Of a stretch of 64,000 bases of DNA, positions 48,319-58,272 are shown piece by piece. The stretch covers positions 175,644 to 239,643 of the forward strand of contig CACHFV010000001.1 of NCBI GenBank assembly GCA_902579195.1. The letters run 5' to 3'. This DNA is from an uncultured SAR86 cluster bacterium. GTDB taxonomy: Bacteria > Pseudomonadota > Gammaproteobacteria > Magnimaribacterales > TMED112. Position numbers and translations under genes: made by a program. Position 1 is the stretch's first letter, and each line of letters starts with the position of its first letter. The notes beneath the pieces were generated by a model that saw nothing but the letters and a program-made list of their open reading frames with translations, was not told where the DNA came from and did no database searches.

Positions 48319-50409
48319 ATGAACAAATTTTTTAAAAAACCCGATCCGAATGATAGTGCTTTAAGAAAACTTATTCACTTTTGCTTTAGAAATGTAATTG
48401 GTCTTTTGATCATTTTTGTATCTGTTTTTTCATCTTGGATTTTTTACTACACAAGTACACCAAAAGTTTATCAAATAAAATCATTGCTTCAGTTTGATAC
48501 TAGCTCGGAATCAAATCTCTTTAACTATGAAAAGTTAATGTTGGGAGATACTAGAGCAGTAAATTTAGATGAAAAAAGTAGGCTTTATAAATCTAGGGGA
48601 AACATTTTAGAGCTAATTAATACCCTCAAGCTGAACTACTATCTAGATAATGAAATGCTACATTTGGGTGGTAAGGTTTATTTTGAAGATATTGACTTTA
48701 AACCTTTTTACGAACCAACCGACAATCAAAGCGTTCAATTTAATATTGAATTTAAAAAAGATGCTTTTGATGTCATTGATGCAACTGAAAATAAAATAGC
48801 GACTAACATCTCATATAACCAGCCTTTTTCAATGGATATTGGAAGCATATACATAAGTAGAAATGAGCTTGAACCATATATAAACAAAAATGTAAATTTG
48901 ACTTATTTTCCTGCACCTCGATTAGTTGCTACTGTTACTCAGATGGTCTACGTTGAAACATACACAACTAGATTCATTTTTGGAGGCTCGCTTCTTGAGA
49001 TAAACACTTTAAATACAAATCCTGATTTAGGAATTGCGCTTTTGGATACGTTAAATGCAATATATGTTACCAGATCAATTGAAGAAAATTCTGAGCAAGC
49101 AGATGCGTCAATAAAATTTCTACAAGATCGTACTGATGAAGTAAGAAGCCTTCTTTCTGATAGCCAAAGAAAACTAAATATATTCCAAGAAGAAAATTCA
49201 CTATTTGAGCCTGGAAGAGATGGAGCAGAGTTGCTCTTACAGATAAGGGAATTAGATGCAAGGATTTATGATCTTTCGGTTGAAGAGGTTGAAATTATTT
49301 CTAAATACAGTGAAGAAAGTATTATTTACAAGAACTTTTATAGTCAAAAAAATATCCTTATTTCAAACAGAGATGAGTTGATAAATCAAATATCTTTGTT
49401 GCCAAAAAAGCAACAAGATTTCATAAACCTGACAAGAGATGTTGAGATCAATTCAAAAATACTCGAAGGTTTAATTAATAGATCTCTTGAGTTTTCAATC
49501 ATTAGAGCAAGCACTTTATCTGACGTAAGAATAGTAGATGCCGCTTATAAAGGCAGTGTTGTAAGCCCAACAATATTTGGATCTATGTTGGTTTTTGTTC
49601 TTATAGGTTTCTTTCTTTGCTTAAGTTATGTTCTTTTTAGAATGAGAGTAAGCGATAATTTCAAACTTCCTTTCGAAGCTGAACAAGTCTCTTATGAAAA
49701 TCCTTTATTAGGGGTAATACCTAATTTCGAAGAAAAACAATTTGATGTAATTGAAGATGGTACCGGTAAAGAAGCAATTCGATCTTTAATCACAAATATT
49801 AAGATGCTAGATAAAAGAAAGGTAATCATGGTCACTGGTCCTCTGAAGGGTGTTGGCAAATCATTTATCTCAAATATTTTGGCCAATGAGTTGAGTGCAG
49901 TTAACTCGAAAGTGCTAATTATTGATTGTGATTTTAGGCAAGGAGACCAACATAAAAGTTTCAAAACAGATAAGATTTCCTTAACTGATTTTACGGAAGC
50001 TGAAGAAGATATTGAAAAATTTAAATTAAATGAAAATCTTTACTTTATACCAAGACCACAGAAATCATCAGCATATGCTCTCGGCATATTTGAATCTGCA
50101 AAGTTTAATTCTATGTTAGAGAATTTTAAGAAAAAATTTGATTACATAATCATTGATACCCCCCCTGTTTTGCCAGTTTCTGACTCTTTATCAATTTCAA
50201 AGCTATCGGATTTATCTTTAATTGTTGTGAGACATGAATTGACAAGACCAAGAGAGCTCAAAGAATGTCTAGCACTTTTCAATTTGAGCGGACTAAGTAA
50301 TACATTTCTGGTATACAATGGTTACAAGCGACCACTAGGGTATTATGGTTATGACTATTATGCTTATAGATATTACTCAGATAGTTATGATTATAAGAGT
50401 CAGGACTAA
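48319..50409 (+). CDS. wzc: Polysaccharide co-polymerase / tyrosine autokinase
   Basis: Two TMs around a coiled-coil periplasmic region, Walker A GPLKGVGKS, IIDCDFR, IIDTPP, C-terminal Tyr cluster YYGYDYYAYRYYSDSYDY. Confidence 0.92.
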   Translation: MNKFFKKPDPNDSALRKLIHFCFRNVIGLLIIFVSVFSSWIFYYTSTPKVYQIKSLLQFDTSSESNLFNYEKLMLGDTRAVNLDEKSRLYKSRGNILELINTLKLNYYLDNEMLHLGGKVYFEDIDFKPFYEPTDNQSVQFNIEFKKDAFDVIDATENKIATNISYNQPFSMDIGSIYISRNELEPYINKNVNLTYFPAPRLVATVTQMVYVETYTTRFIFGGSLLEINTLNTNPDLGIALLDTLNAIYVTRSIEENSEQADASIKFLQDRTDEVRSLLSDSQRKLNIFQEENSLFEPGRDGAELLLQIRELDARIYDLSVEEVEIISKYSEESIIYKNFYSQKNILISNRDELINQISLLPKKQQDFINLTRDVEINSKILEGLINRSLEFSIIRASTLSDVRIVDAAYKGSVVSPTIFGSMLVFVLIGFFLCLSYVLFRMRVSDNFKLPFEAEQVSYENPLLGVIPNFEEKQFDVIEDGTGKEAIRSLITNIKMLDKRKVIMVTGPLKGVGKSFISNILANELSAVNSKVLIIDCDFRQGDQHKSFKTDKISLTDFTEAEEDIEKFKLNENLYFIPRPQKSSAYALGIFESAKFNSMLENFKKKFDYIIIDTPPVLPVSDSLSISKLSDLSLIVVRHELTRPRELKECLALFNLSGLSNTFLVYNGYKRPLGYYGYDYYAYRYYSDSYDYKSQD

Positions 50410-50415
50410 TTTTAG

Positions 50416-51183
50416 ATGAATAAGATCTTTACATTTATTTTTGCTATTTTCCTTCAGGCATGTGCACTATCACCAGGAATGTATGATCCGCCAAGCTTTA
50501 ACAAAAACCTTGAAAATAAAAAAGTAATAGAAATTACCCCTAATTTAATAAAGAACCAAAACACTATTTCTGAAAACTATAAAATTTCCAATGGTGATGA
50601 GTTAGCTATTGTTGTCTTTGGGCAAAATGAATATTTTCCAATTCAATCATATATAGGGAATAGTCCATATACAAAAAGAATTGTTGATGAGAATGGAAAA
50701 ATATTCTTTCCATATGCAGGCGAAGTTTTTGTTGCTGGGTATACCGTTTCAGAAGTAAGAACAATTTTAACAAAACTCTTATCAAAAAATTTTGTTGATC
50801 CTCAATTAGATGTAGGAATATCAACATTCAACCCTAATAGAAACATTTATGTCTTGGGTGAAGTTGTAAGACCTCAGACAATGAGCGTAGGGTTAGTTGG
50901 TTTGACACTTTCTGATGCTATTGCACAGGCTCAAGGATTATCTCCTGTCTCCTCAAAAGGTAATGCTGTTTTTGTTATTCGCCAAGACTCTGAAGGAGGC
51001 GGATCAGTTTATAAAGCAAACTTTAATAATGCTTCAGAATTTATAATTGCAGGTGAATTTACCCTTATTCCAGGAGATATTATTTTTGTTGGCGCAGCTG
51101 ACATTACAAAATGGAATAGGTTCATTTCACAGTTATTCCCATTTGCCTCTTTCTTAAATCAGGTAGATAACCTGCAAAATTAA
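50416..51183 (+). CDS. wza: Polysaccharide export outer-membrane lipoprotein
   Basis: Lipobox LQAC, VDENGKIFFPYAG, DPQLDV, YVLGEV, KWNRFISQLFP. Confidence 0.9.
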   Translation: MNKIFTFIFAIFLQACALSPGMYDPPSFNKNLENKKVIEITPNLIKNQNTISENYKISNGDELAIVVFGQNEYFPIQSYIGNSPYTKRIVDENGKIFFPYAGEVFVAGYTVSEVRTILTKLLSKNFVDPQLDVGISTFNPNRNIYVLGEVVRPQTMSVGLVGLTLSDAIAQAQGLSPVSSKGNAVFVIRQDSEGGGSVYKANFNNASEFIIAGEFTLIPGDIIFVGAADITKWNRFISQLFPFASFLNQVDNLQN

Positions 51184-51608
51184 TGATAGCAGTTGTATGC
51201 CAAGCTAATTATTGCAGAAGCCCTGTAGCTAAGTTTTTGCTTCAAAAATATTTGCATAATATAGAAATTGACTCATTTGGCATCGGCTACTTTCCTCAGG
51301 CAACTATGGATCCAAGAAGTATTGAATATCTTGAGAGTAAAGGTTTCTCAGACCTTTATCATATCCCTAAGAAAATTAATAAAAGCCATATAAAAAATAT
51401 TGACTTGATCTTGATGATGGATATGAAGGTACTAGAATATTTTAGGCAATTCCACAGCAATGATCTAAACAAATGTAAATTATTCACGTTTTTAGATCCA
51501 AAAAAATCAATAATTGATCCATTCAAGTTTGATAACATTGAAGACTATTTCAGAGAGATGGATAAGATAGATGATTTTTGCAAACTTTGGTCAGAACATC
51601 TAAATTAA
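51183..51608 (+). CDS. wzb: Low-molecular-weight protein-tyrosine phosphatase
   Basis: VCQANYCRSP (CX5R) and IIDPF; next to wza/wzc. Confidence 0.88.
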   Translation: MIAVVCQANYCRSPVAKFLLQKYLHNIEIDSFGIGYFPQATMDPRSIEYLESKGFSDLYHIPKKINKSHIKNIDLILMMDMKVLEYFRQFHSNDLNKCKLFTFLDPKKSIIDPFKFDNIEDYFREMDKIDDFCKLWSEHLN

Positions 51609-51632
51609 AAAACATGTTAAATGACATGTTTT
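51609..51632. promoter_or_regulatory. Inverted repeat AAAACATGTT-AAAT-GACATGTTTT between wzb and aceE (terminator or operator)
   Basis: 10-bp arms with one G-U pair, holding two ACATGT palindromes 12 bp apart; TATAAT at 51658-51663 downstream. Confidence 0.4.
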
Positions 51633-51665
51633 GCTAAGCTTTTATATCAAATAAAACTATAATCA

Positions 51666-54278
51666 ATGCGAATGAGTAATAATCCAAAAAATCATGAAGA
51701 TCTCAGTGATTGGGTTGATGCGCTTGAAAACTTAATTTTATTTGACGGCAAAGAGCAAGCCTCCGATCTGATAAACGATTTTTTTCAATATGCTAGCAGC
51801 AAGAATTTGCTCAATGATGAATCTCTGCAACTACCTTTTTATAACTCAGTTTCACCTTATGAAGAGCACGAGTATCCTGGAAACTGGGAAATTGAAGAAA
51901 AAATTAGGCATTATATACGTTGGAACGCTCTTGTAACTGTTCTTAAAGCTAATAAAAACAATGATCTTGGTGGCCATATATCTACTTATTCGTCAGCTGC
52001 AACTCTCTATGAGGTTGGTTTTAATCATTTCTTTGGTGCTGAAAAAGGTTTTGAAGATTTAGTTTATTTTCAAGGCCATTCTTCTCCAGGTATATATTCA
52101 AGATCTTTTTTAGAAGGGAGATTATCAGAGAAGCAACTTGATAATTTTAGGCAGGAAGTAAATGATTCAGGTCTATCATCATATCCTCATCCTTGGCTGA
52201 TGCCAGAGTATTGGCAATTTCCAACAGTTTCCATGGGGCTCGGGCCAATAATGGCAATTTACCAAGCACATATTATGAAGTATCTCGAGCAGAGAGGGCT
52301 TTTGGAACATAAACCAAATAGAAAAATTTGGATGTTTTGTGGAGATGGTGAGATGGATGAGCCGGAATCTATGGGATCAATTTCTTTAGCAGCTAGAGAA
52401 AAATTAAATAATTTAGTTTTTGTGATAAATTGCAATCTTCAAAGACTTGATGGGCCTGTTCGTGGCAATTCAAGAATCATTACCGAGCTAGGCTCAATAT
52501 TTAAAGCTGCTGGATGGAATGTAATTAACCTAATTTGGGGTAGAAAATGGGACGAGCTTCTTGAGCGTGATACTAATGGCGCTTTGAAGTGGGTAATGAA
52601 CAATACTGTTGATGGTGAGTATCAGAACTTTAAGGCTAAAGGCGGAGCATACACAAGAAAACATTTCTTTGGCAAACATCCAGATGCGCTTAAGCTGGTA
52701 GAGCATATGACTGATAGTCAAATTGAGGAGCTTAATAGAGGCGGTCATGATCCTCAAAAAGTATACAACGCATACAAAGCAGCTTATGAGTGTAAAGATA
52801 AGCCTACTGTAATTTTGGCATTCACAATTAAGGGTTACGGTATAGGATCAAGACAAGCTGACAATACTACCCATCAGGTAAAAAAATTATCAACAGAAAA
52901 CATAAAAGACTTCATCGAAAAATTTAATCTACCAATAGACGAGAAGGGAATAGAAAAACTTCCTTATTTAAGATTTGGCAAAGACGATAAGGAGCATAAA
53001 TATCTCATAGATCAGCGAAGTAAACTTGGCGGCTTTCTACCAAATAGGTCGCCTGAAACAAGAGAGTTGAGAGTAGACTCCAAAAAGCATTTTGAAGAAT
53101 TTAGTTTCATATCAAAAAGAGAGATGTCAACAACTATGGTTTTTGTGAGACTAATAACATCTTTACTAAGAGACAAAAATATTGGGAAAAATATTGTTCC
53201 AATAGTACCAGATGAAGCACGAACTTTTGGTATGGATGGTCTGTTTAGGCAATTTGGAATTTATAGCCGTGAAGGTCAAAAATATGAACCTGAAGATGCT
53301 GATAAGGTCATGTGGTATAGGGAATCAGAAGATGGAGTTATGTTGGAAGAGGGCATTAATGAAGCCGGAGCATTCTCTGCCTGGCTTGCGTTAGCAACAT
53401 CATATGCAAATAATTCACTTCCTATGATTCCTTTTTATATTTATTATTCAATGTTTGGGTTCCAAAGGATACATGATTTAGCGTGGGCCGCGGGAGATGC
53501 GCGTGCTAAGGGCTTTCTTTTGGGTGCAACATCAGGTAGAACAACTCTTAACGGAGAGGGTCTTCAACATCAAGATGGACATAGTCACCTGCTGGCACAA
53601 ACAATCCCAAACTGCAGATCATATGATCCTTGTTTTGATTATGAGTTAGCGACAATTGTAAAACAGGGTATTGAAGATATGTATGTTCAAAATAATGATA
53701 ATTATTATTACATAACGTTAATGAATGAAAATTATACTCACCCACAAAAGCCAAAAAATCTAAAAGAAGAAGAAATAATGAAAGGTGCATATATTTTCAA
53801 GTCTGAAAAGAAGGCAGATGTTCGACTCATTGCTTCGGGATTAACTTTAAGATTTGCTTTAGAGGCATCAGAAAAATTATTAGAGATAGGAATAAAAGCT
53901 GATGTGTGGAGCATTACAAGCTTCAACGAGCTTGCAAGAGGAGGAATAATTTCAGATCAAGATCAAAAGAATGGATTAAAATCTGAATCTTATGTTGAGC
54001 AATGTTTTAAGGATTTGCTACCTACAGTTGCAGTGTCTGAATACCAAAAACTATATGCTGAACAAATTAGAAAATGGGTAAATGGTAAATATATTTGTTT
54101 AGGGACTGATGGTTTTGGTAGAAGCGATACAAGAGAAAAACTTAGAGAATTTTTTGAGATAGATTCAAATCACATCGCATATAATGCCTTACTAGCATGT
54201 GATTTATATGAAGAGGCTAAACATTTTAAAAATAAACACAAAATTAAATTAAATAGTGGCAACCCATACAAAAGATGA
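51666..54278 (+). CDS. aceE: Pyruvate dehydrogenase E1 component (homodimeric)
   Basis: LGGHISTY, QFPTVSMGLGP, GDGEMDEPES, NCNLQRLDGPV, GEGLQHQDG, GTDGFGRSDTR. True start may be ATG 51672. Confidence 0.97.
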   Translation: MRMSNNPKNHEDLSDWVDALENLILFDGKEQASDLINDFFQYASSKNLLNDESLQLPFYNSVSPYEEHEYPGNWEIEEKIRHYIRWNALVTVLKANKNNDLGGHISTYSSAATLYEVGFNHFFGAEKGFEDLVYFQGHSSPGIYSRSFLEGRLSEKQLDNFRQEVNDSGLSSYPHPWLMPEYWQFPTVSMGLGPIMAIYQAHIMKYLEQRGLLEHKPNRKIWMFCGDGEMDEPESMGSISLAAREKLNNLVFVINCNLQRLDGPVRGNSRIITELGSIFKAAGWNVINLIWGRKWDELLERDTNGALKWVMNNTVDGEYQNFKAKGGAYTRKHFFGKHPDALKLVEHMTDSQIEELNRGGHDPQKVYNAYKAAYECKDKPTVILAFTIKGYGIGSRQADNTTHQVKKLSTENIKDFIEKFNLPIDEKGIEKLPYLRFGKDDKEHKYLIDQRSKLGGFLPNRSPETRELRVDSKKHFEEFSFISKREMSTTMVFVRLITSLLRDKNIGKNIVPIVPDEARTFGMDGLFRQFGIYSREGQKYEPEDADKVMWYRESEDGVMLEEGINEAGAFSAWLALATSYANNSLPMIPFYIYYSMFGFQRIHDLAWAAGDARAKGFLLGATSGRTTLNGEGLQHQDGHSHLLAQTIPNCRSYDPCFDYELATIVKQGIEDMYVQNNDNYYYITLMNENYTHPQKPKNLKEEEIMKGAYIFKSEKKADVRLIASGLTLRFALEASEKLLEIGIKADVWSITSFNELARGGIISDQDQKNGLKSESYVEQCFKDLLPTVAVSEYQKLYAEQIRKWVNGKYICLGTDGFGRSDTREKLREFFEIDSNHIAYNALLACDLYEEAKHFKNKHKIKLNSGNPYKR

Positions 54279-55477
54279 AGGAAATTGAGTTAAAAATTCC
54301 CAACCTGGGAGAAGCTGAAGATACAGAAATTATAGAGATATCTGTTAAAAAAGGTGACAAGCTAAATAAAAATGATCCAATAATTGTGCTTGAGTCAGAA
54401 AAAGCTGCTATGGAAGTGCCATCAGATTTTGATGGAATTGTAAAGGATATTGTAGTTAAGGAAGGTGATAGTGTAAGTGAGGGAACAGTTTTTGCTGTAA
54501 TTGAAATTGAAGAGTCTGAGATTGGTGAGGTAAAAAAGCCTGAAGAAGATATTAATAATGCACCAGAAAGTATCTCAGAAAAAGAACTTACTAAAGATAA
54601 TGAGAGCATACAAATGAATTTTGCTGGCATAAATGCCGGTCCTGCTGTTAGAAAAATAGCACGTGAGCTCGAGATTGACCTAAATAAGATTATAGGTTCT
54701 GGTAAAAATAGCATGATTACCAAAGATGATCTGAAAAACTTTATTCATTCGGGCATATCTTCTCAAAAAAATGAGTATGCATCTCTTGAAAGTTTAAAAG
54801 AATTTGGTGATTACATAATTGAAAATCAGACAAAAATTAGAAAAGCGGGGGCAAAAAATTTAACTCAATCTTGGCAGTTGATACCACATGTTACTCATTT
54901 TGAGGAAGCAGATATAACTAAAATTGAAACTCAGAGGAAAGATCTAAACAAAGTTTCTGAAAACAAACTAACTCCTTTGGCTTATATTGTTAAAGTTACA
55001 GCTTTAGCTCTAAAAGAATTCCCAATTATGAATTCATCACTAATTGATGATGGAAAATTAATGATAAAAAAATATGTAAATATTGGAGTTGCAGTTAATA
55101 CTGATCAAGGCTTAGTAGTGCCAGTCATAAAAGACGTTGACAACATGTCTATCGAGGAAATTGCAAAAAATATTTTAACTATTTCTTCAAAAGCCAAGGA
55201 AAAGAAATTAATGAAAAGCGATATAACTGGCTCTACATTCACCATATCAAGTTTGGGAAATATTGGGGGGACAGGATTCTCGCCTATTATTAACCCTCCA
55301 GAAGTTGGAATTTTAGGTATTTCAAGAGCAAAAAATAAATTAAGCCTTGAAGGCAAAAATATTGTTGAGAGAAATACACTTCCATTTTCTTTGTCTTATG
55401 ATCATAGAGTAATAAATGGCGTTGATGCCGGAAACTTTATGAGTTTTATTAAGGAGACACTGGAAAAAGGTTTATAA
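54275..55477 (+). CDS. aceF: Dihydrolipoamide acetyltransferase E2 (single lipoyl domain)
   Basis: LESEKAAMEVPS lipoyl motif, AGPAVRKIAREL E3-binding domain, LSYDHRVING. Confidence 0.94.
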   Translation: MKEIELKIPNLGEAEDTEIIEISVKKGDKLNKNDPIIVLESEKAAMEVPSDFDGIVKDIVVKEGDSVSEGTVFAVIEIEESEIGEVKKPEEDINNAPESISEKELTKDNESIQMNFAGINAGPAVRKIARELEIDLNKIIGSGKNSMITKDDLKNFIHSGISSQKNEYASLESLKEFGDYIIENQTKIRKAGAKNLTQSWQLIPHVTHFEEADITKIETQRKDLNKVSENKLTPLAYIVKVTALALKEFPIMNSSLIDDGKLMIKKYVNIGVAVNTDQGLVVPVIKDVDNMSIEEIAKNILTISSKAKEKKLMKSDITGSTFTISSLGNIGGTGFSPIINPPEVGILGISRAKNKLSLEGKNIVERNTLPFSLSYDHRVINGVDAGNFMSFIKETLEKGL

Positions 55478-55486
55478 TCTGTACAT

Positions 55487-56569
55487 ATGTATGCAGATTT
55501 TTTGCCAATTGCATTTTTGCTCACAGTATTTTTTTGTTACGTATTAATTAAGCTTGATAAGAGAGCTGCAAAGTTAGGTGATATAAACTTAAGAGATTCT
55601 CCTCAAACATTACATACAAAATCAGTATCAAGGTTTGGAGGAGTTGCGATTTTAGGCTCATTGACATGTACTGCGCTTGTTGCTGGTTACAACTTTTCTA
55701 ATTCAGAATTCTTCCAAGTTGGGGTAATGTCATTACCAGCTTTTTTAGCAGGTTTCATAGATGATTTAAAAATACAAATAAAGCCATACTTTAGAATGTT
55801 TCTTATTCTTCCTGTGCCTATAATTTTTTTCTATTACTTTGATCTTAAAGTAAGTAACTTAGATATTGGTTTCTTAGATAATTTTCTAGGAATAGAGGTA
55901 TTCGCCTTACTATTCCTATGCTTCGCTGTAGTAGGAATGATAAATGCTTTTAACTTAATTGATGGAATAAATGGATTATTGGTAGCTTATTTGCTTTCGA
56001 TAATTCTTTCTTTAGTAATAGTTGAGTTTGCAGTAGGACCTGTCTTTGAAATATCTGATGAATTTAGGATTTATACAAATATTTTTTTGGGAACACTTTT
56101 AGGTTTTATGTGCTTAAATTTTCCATCTGGCAAAATTTTTATGGGTGATGCAGGGGCATACTTTCTTGGCGCCTTAACCTGTTTTGGTTTAATTTATGCT
56201 CATCTTGCCAACATAAATAGTTCTCCATGGGCGGTAATGTGTTTGCTTGCTTATCCATTTACAGATTTATGTTTTAGTGTCTTTAGAAAAAAGGTTATCT
56301 TAAATCTAAATGCAATGGAGCCTGATGCAGAACATCTACATCATGTGATCTTTAAAAGAATGAAAAAAATCAAATTTAAGAAAGAAAGAGCACGTCATTT
56401 TTTTACTGTTTGTTTTATAGTGGCCTTTAATCTACCTTATTTATGCTTAACTTTATATTTCTTGAACTCTACTAATGCTTTAATCACAATTTTTTCTGTC
56501 TATATCATTTCATATCTCTTAATTTATTTTGCTTTTAGCCCAAGATTTTTATTAGTCAATGAAAAATAA
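55487..56569 (+). CDS. Undecaprenyl-phosphate HexNAc-1-phosphate transferase (WecA/MraY family)
   Basis: SRFGGVAI, GFIDD, NAFNLIDGINGL, KIFMGDAGAYFLG, PDAEHLHH. Confidence 0.88.
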   Translation: MYADFLPIAFLLTVFFCYVLIKLDKRAAKLGDINLRDSPQTLHTKSVSRFGGVAILGSLTCTALVAGYNFSNSEFFQVGVMSLPAFLAGFIDDLKIQIKPYFRMFLILPVPIIFFYYFDLKVSNLDIGFLDNFLGIEVFALLFLCFAVVGMINAFNLIDGINGLLVAYLLSIILSLVIVEFAVGPVFEISDEFRIYTNIFLGTLLGFMCLNFPSGKIFMGDAGAYFLGALTCFGLIYAHLANINSSPWAVMCLLAYPFTDLCFSVFRKKVILNLNAMEPDAEHLHHVIFKRMKKIKFKKERARHFFTVCFIVAFNLPYLCLTLYFLNSTNALITIFSVYIISYLLIYFAFSPRFLLVNEK

Positions 56570-57566
56570 AACTATCTTGATTACTGGAGCTGCTGGATAT
56601 ATTGGCGGCACATTTTGCTACGAAGCTTTAAAAATTGGCTACAAAGTAGTTGGCTTAGATAATTTTTCTAATTCCAATATGAAATACATTAACTACATGA
56701 AGCAAAATTTTGGCGATAAATTTATTTTTCTAGAAAAAGATTTACGGGAGAACAATCTTCATCAAGCAAGAGAGTTGAAAAATAATATTGACTGTGTATT
56801 CCATTTTGCTGCTTTAAAAAGTGTCCCAGAATCAGAGGAAAATGCTGAACTATATTATAGGAATAATGTAGGAGGTACTGAAAACCTAATTGAATTAATG
56901 AATTCTCTTTCAATAAGAAAGCTAATTTTTTCCTCATCAGCTGCAGTTTATGGGAACCAAAAAACACAACCTATAAAAGAAACAGCTTCTCTTGATCCAA
57001 AAAGTGTTTACGCAAAAACAAAAAAAATGTCAGAAGGTTTAATAGATGAGGCTGTCAAGAAACATAATCTATGTGCTGTATCTCTTAGATATTTCAATCC
57101 CCTTGGATCTCATAAAGACAAAATAATAACTGATAATGTGCAAAATGAGTCTGGCAATATTATGGCAATGATATTGAGAGTAGCATTAGGTCTAAATAAG
57201 CAACTCAATATTTATGGAGATGATTACCCAACTAAAGATGGAACAGGAGAAAGGGACTATATTCATATTAACGATCTTGTGGCTGGACATTTCAAAGCAT
57301 ATGAAAAGCTTAATAGTGTATCAAAGCATGAAATATACAATCTAGGAACAGGAGATTCTATTTCTGTTTTAAATCTAATTAAGGTTTTTGAAAAAATAAA
57401 TAATATAAAGATCCCTTATAAAATTGCTAATAGAAGAAAAGGAGATTTAGCTAGATGTTTTGCTGATTCATCAAAAGCAAATAACCAGTTAAATTGGAAG
57501 GCAGTTTATACTTTAGAAAATATGTGCAAAGATGCATGGACTGTATTAGAAAATGAAGTTAATTGA
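56559..57566 (+). CDS. galE: UDP-glucose 4-epimerase
   Basis: GAAGYIG, HFAALKSVPES, LRYFNP, DYPTKDGTGERDYIH. Confidence 0.93.
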   Translation: MKNKTILITGAAGYIGGTFCYEALKIGYKVVGLDNFSNSNMKYINYMKQNFGDKFIFLEKDLRENNLHQARELKNNIDCVFHFAALKSVPESEENAELYYRNNVGGTENLIELMNSLSIRKLIFSSSAAVYGNQKTQPIKETASLDPKSVYAKTKKMSEGLIDEAVKKHNLCAVSLRYFNPLGSHKDKIITDNVQNESGNIMAMILRVALGLNKQLNIYGDDYPTKDGTGERDYIHINDLVAGHFKAYEKLNSVSKHEIYNLGTGDSISVLNLIKVFEKINNIKIPYKIANRRKGDLARCFADSSKANNQLNWKAVYTLENMCKDAWTVLENEVN

Positions 57567-58272
57567 ATTAAAAGATATAGCAATCAGCACATCAAGAAAA
57601 GCAGGTGATTACCTAAACTCACAGAAGGGTTCTGCAAAAGAAATAATAAGTGAGATTGGAAGAGATATTAAGCTAGAAATTGACCAAAATACTGAAAACT
57701 TAATAAGAGATGAACTTCAGCGTACTGGTATTGATATTTTAGGTGAAGAGTTTGGAGGTGACAGATCTGAAAGTTTGCAATGGGTTATAGATCCATTAGA
57801 TGGAACAGCAAACTACTTCAAAGGTCTTGATCAGTGTTGTGTTTCAATTGCACTATTGGATGGTGCTGATGCTCTTATTGGCATCATCTACAATTTTAAT
57901 ACCAATGAACTTTATTCAGCAGTAAAAGGTCAAGGTGCTTTCTTGAATGATGTTCCTATATGTGTTTCCAAAATAGGTGATAGAAACAAAGCATCATTGA
58001 CTACTGGATTCCCTGCTTCTGAATCTCTTGAATCCTCAATGGAATTTCTTGAAGGTTTGAGAGAATGGAAAAAAATAAGAATGTTTGGTAGTGCAGCATT
58101 ATCATGCGCCTATGTTGCATCAGGAAAATGTGATTTCTATGCTGAAAAAGGTGTTTATCTTTGGGATTTTGCAGCAGGCATTTGTCTAATTGAAGAAGCT
58201 GGCGGTAGGGCAGAATATAAATCTCTTGATAATCAAAGATACTCTGTTAGGTTTTCAAATAATTTGTTATGA
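57553..58272 (+). CDS. Inositol monophosphatase family protein
   Basis: ILGEE, WVIDPLDGTANY, GSAALSCAYVASG, WDFAAG. Confidence 0.9.
   Translation: MKLIELKDIAISTSRKAGDYLNSQKGSAKEIISEIGRDIKLEIDQNTENLIRDELQRTGIDILGEEFGGDRSESLQWVIDPLDGTANYFKGLDQCCVSIALLDGADALIGIIYNFNTNELYSAVKGQGAFLNDVPICVSKIGDRNKASLTTGFPASESLESSMEFLEGLREWKKIRMFGSAALSCAYVASGKCDFYAEKGVYLWDFAAGICLIEEAGGRAEYKSLDNQRYSVRFSNNLL

Larger units (their letters stand above)
38948..51608 (+). other. Low-GC capsule/exopolysaccharide gene island (Wzx/Wzy-dependent, Wza-Wzb-Wzc export) directly after tRNA-Leu
   Basis: Contiguous same-strand aminotransferase, HAD, orphan, TupA, wzx, 2 GTs, wzy, ugd, wzc, wza, wzb; visibly more AT-rich than pheT/metK. 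Confidence 0.85.

Noticed and set aside
38900-51700. Prophage or integrative element at tRNA-Leu
   Set aside because: No integrase, phage structural genes or duplicated tRNA 3' end seen; content is purely polysaccharide-related.
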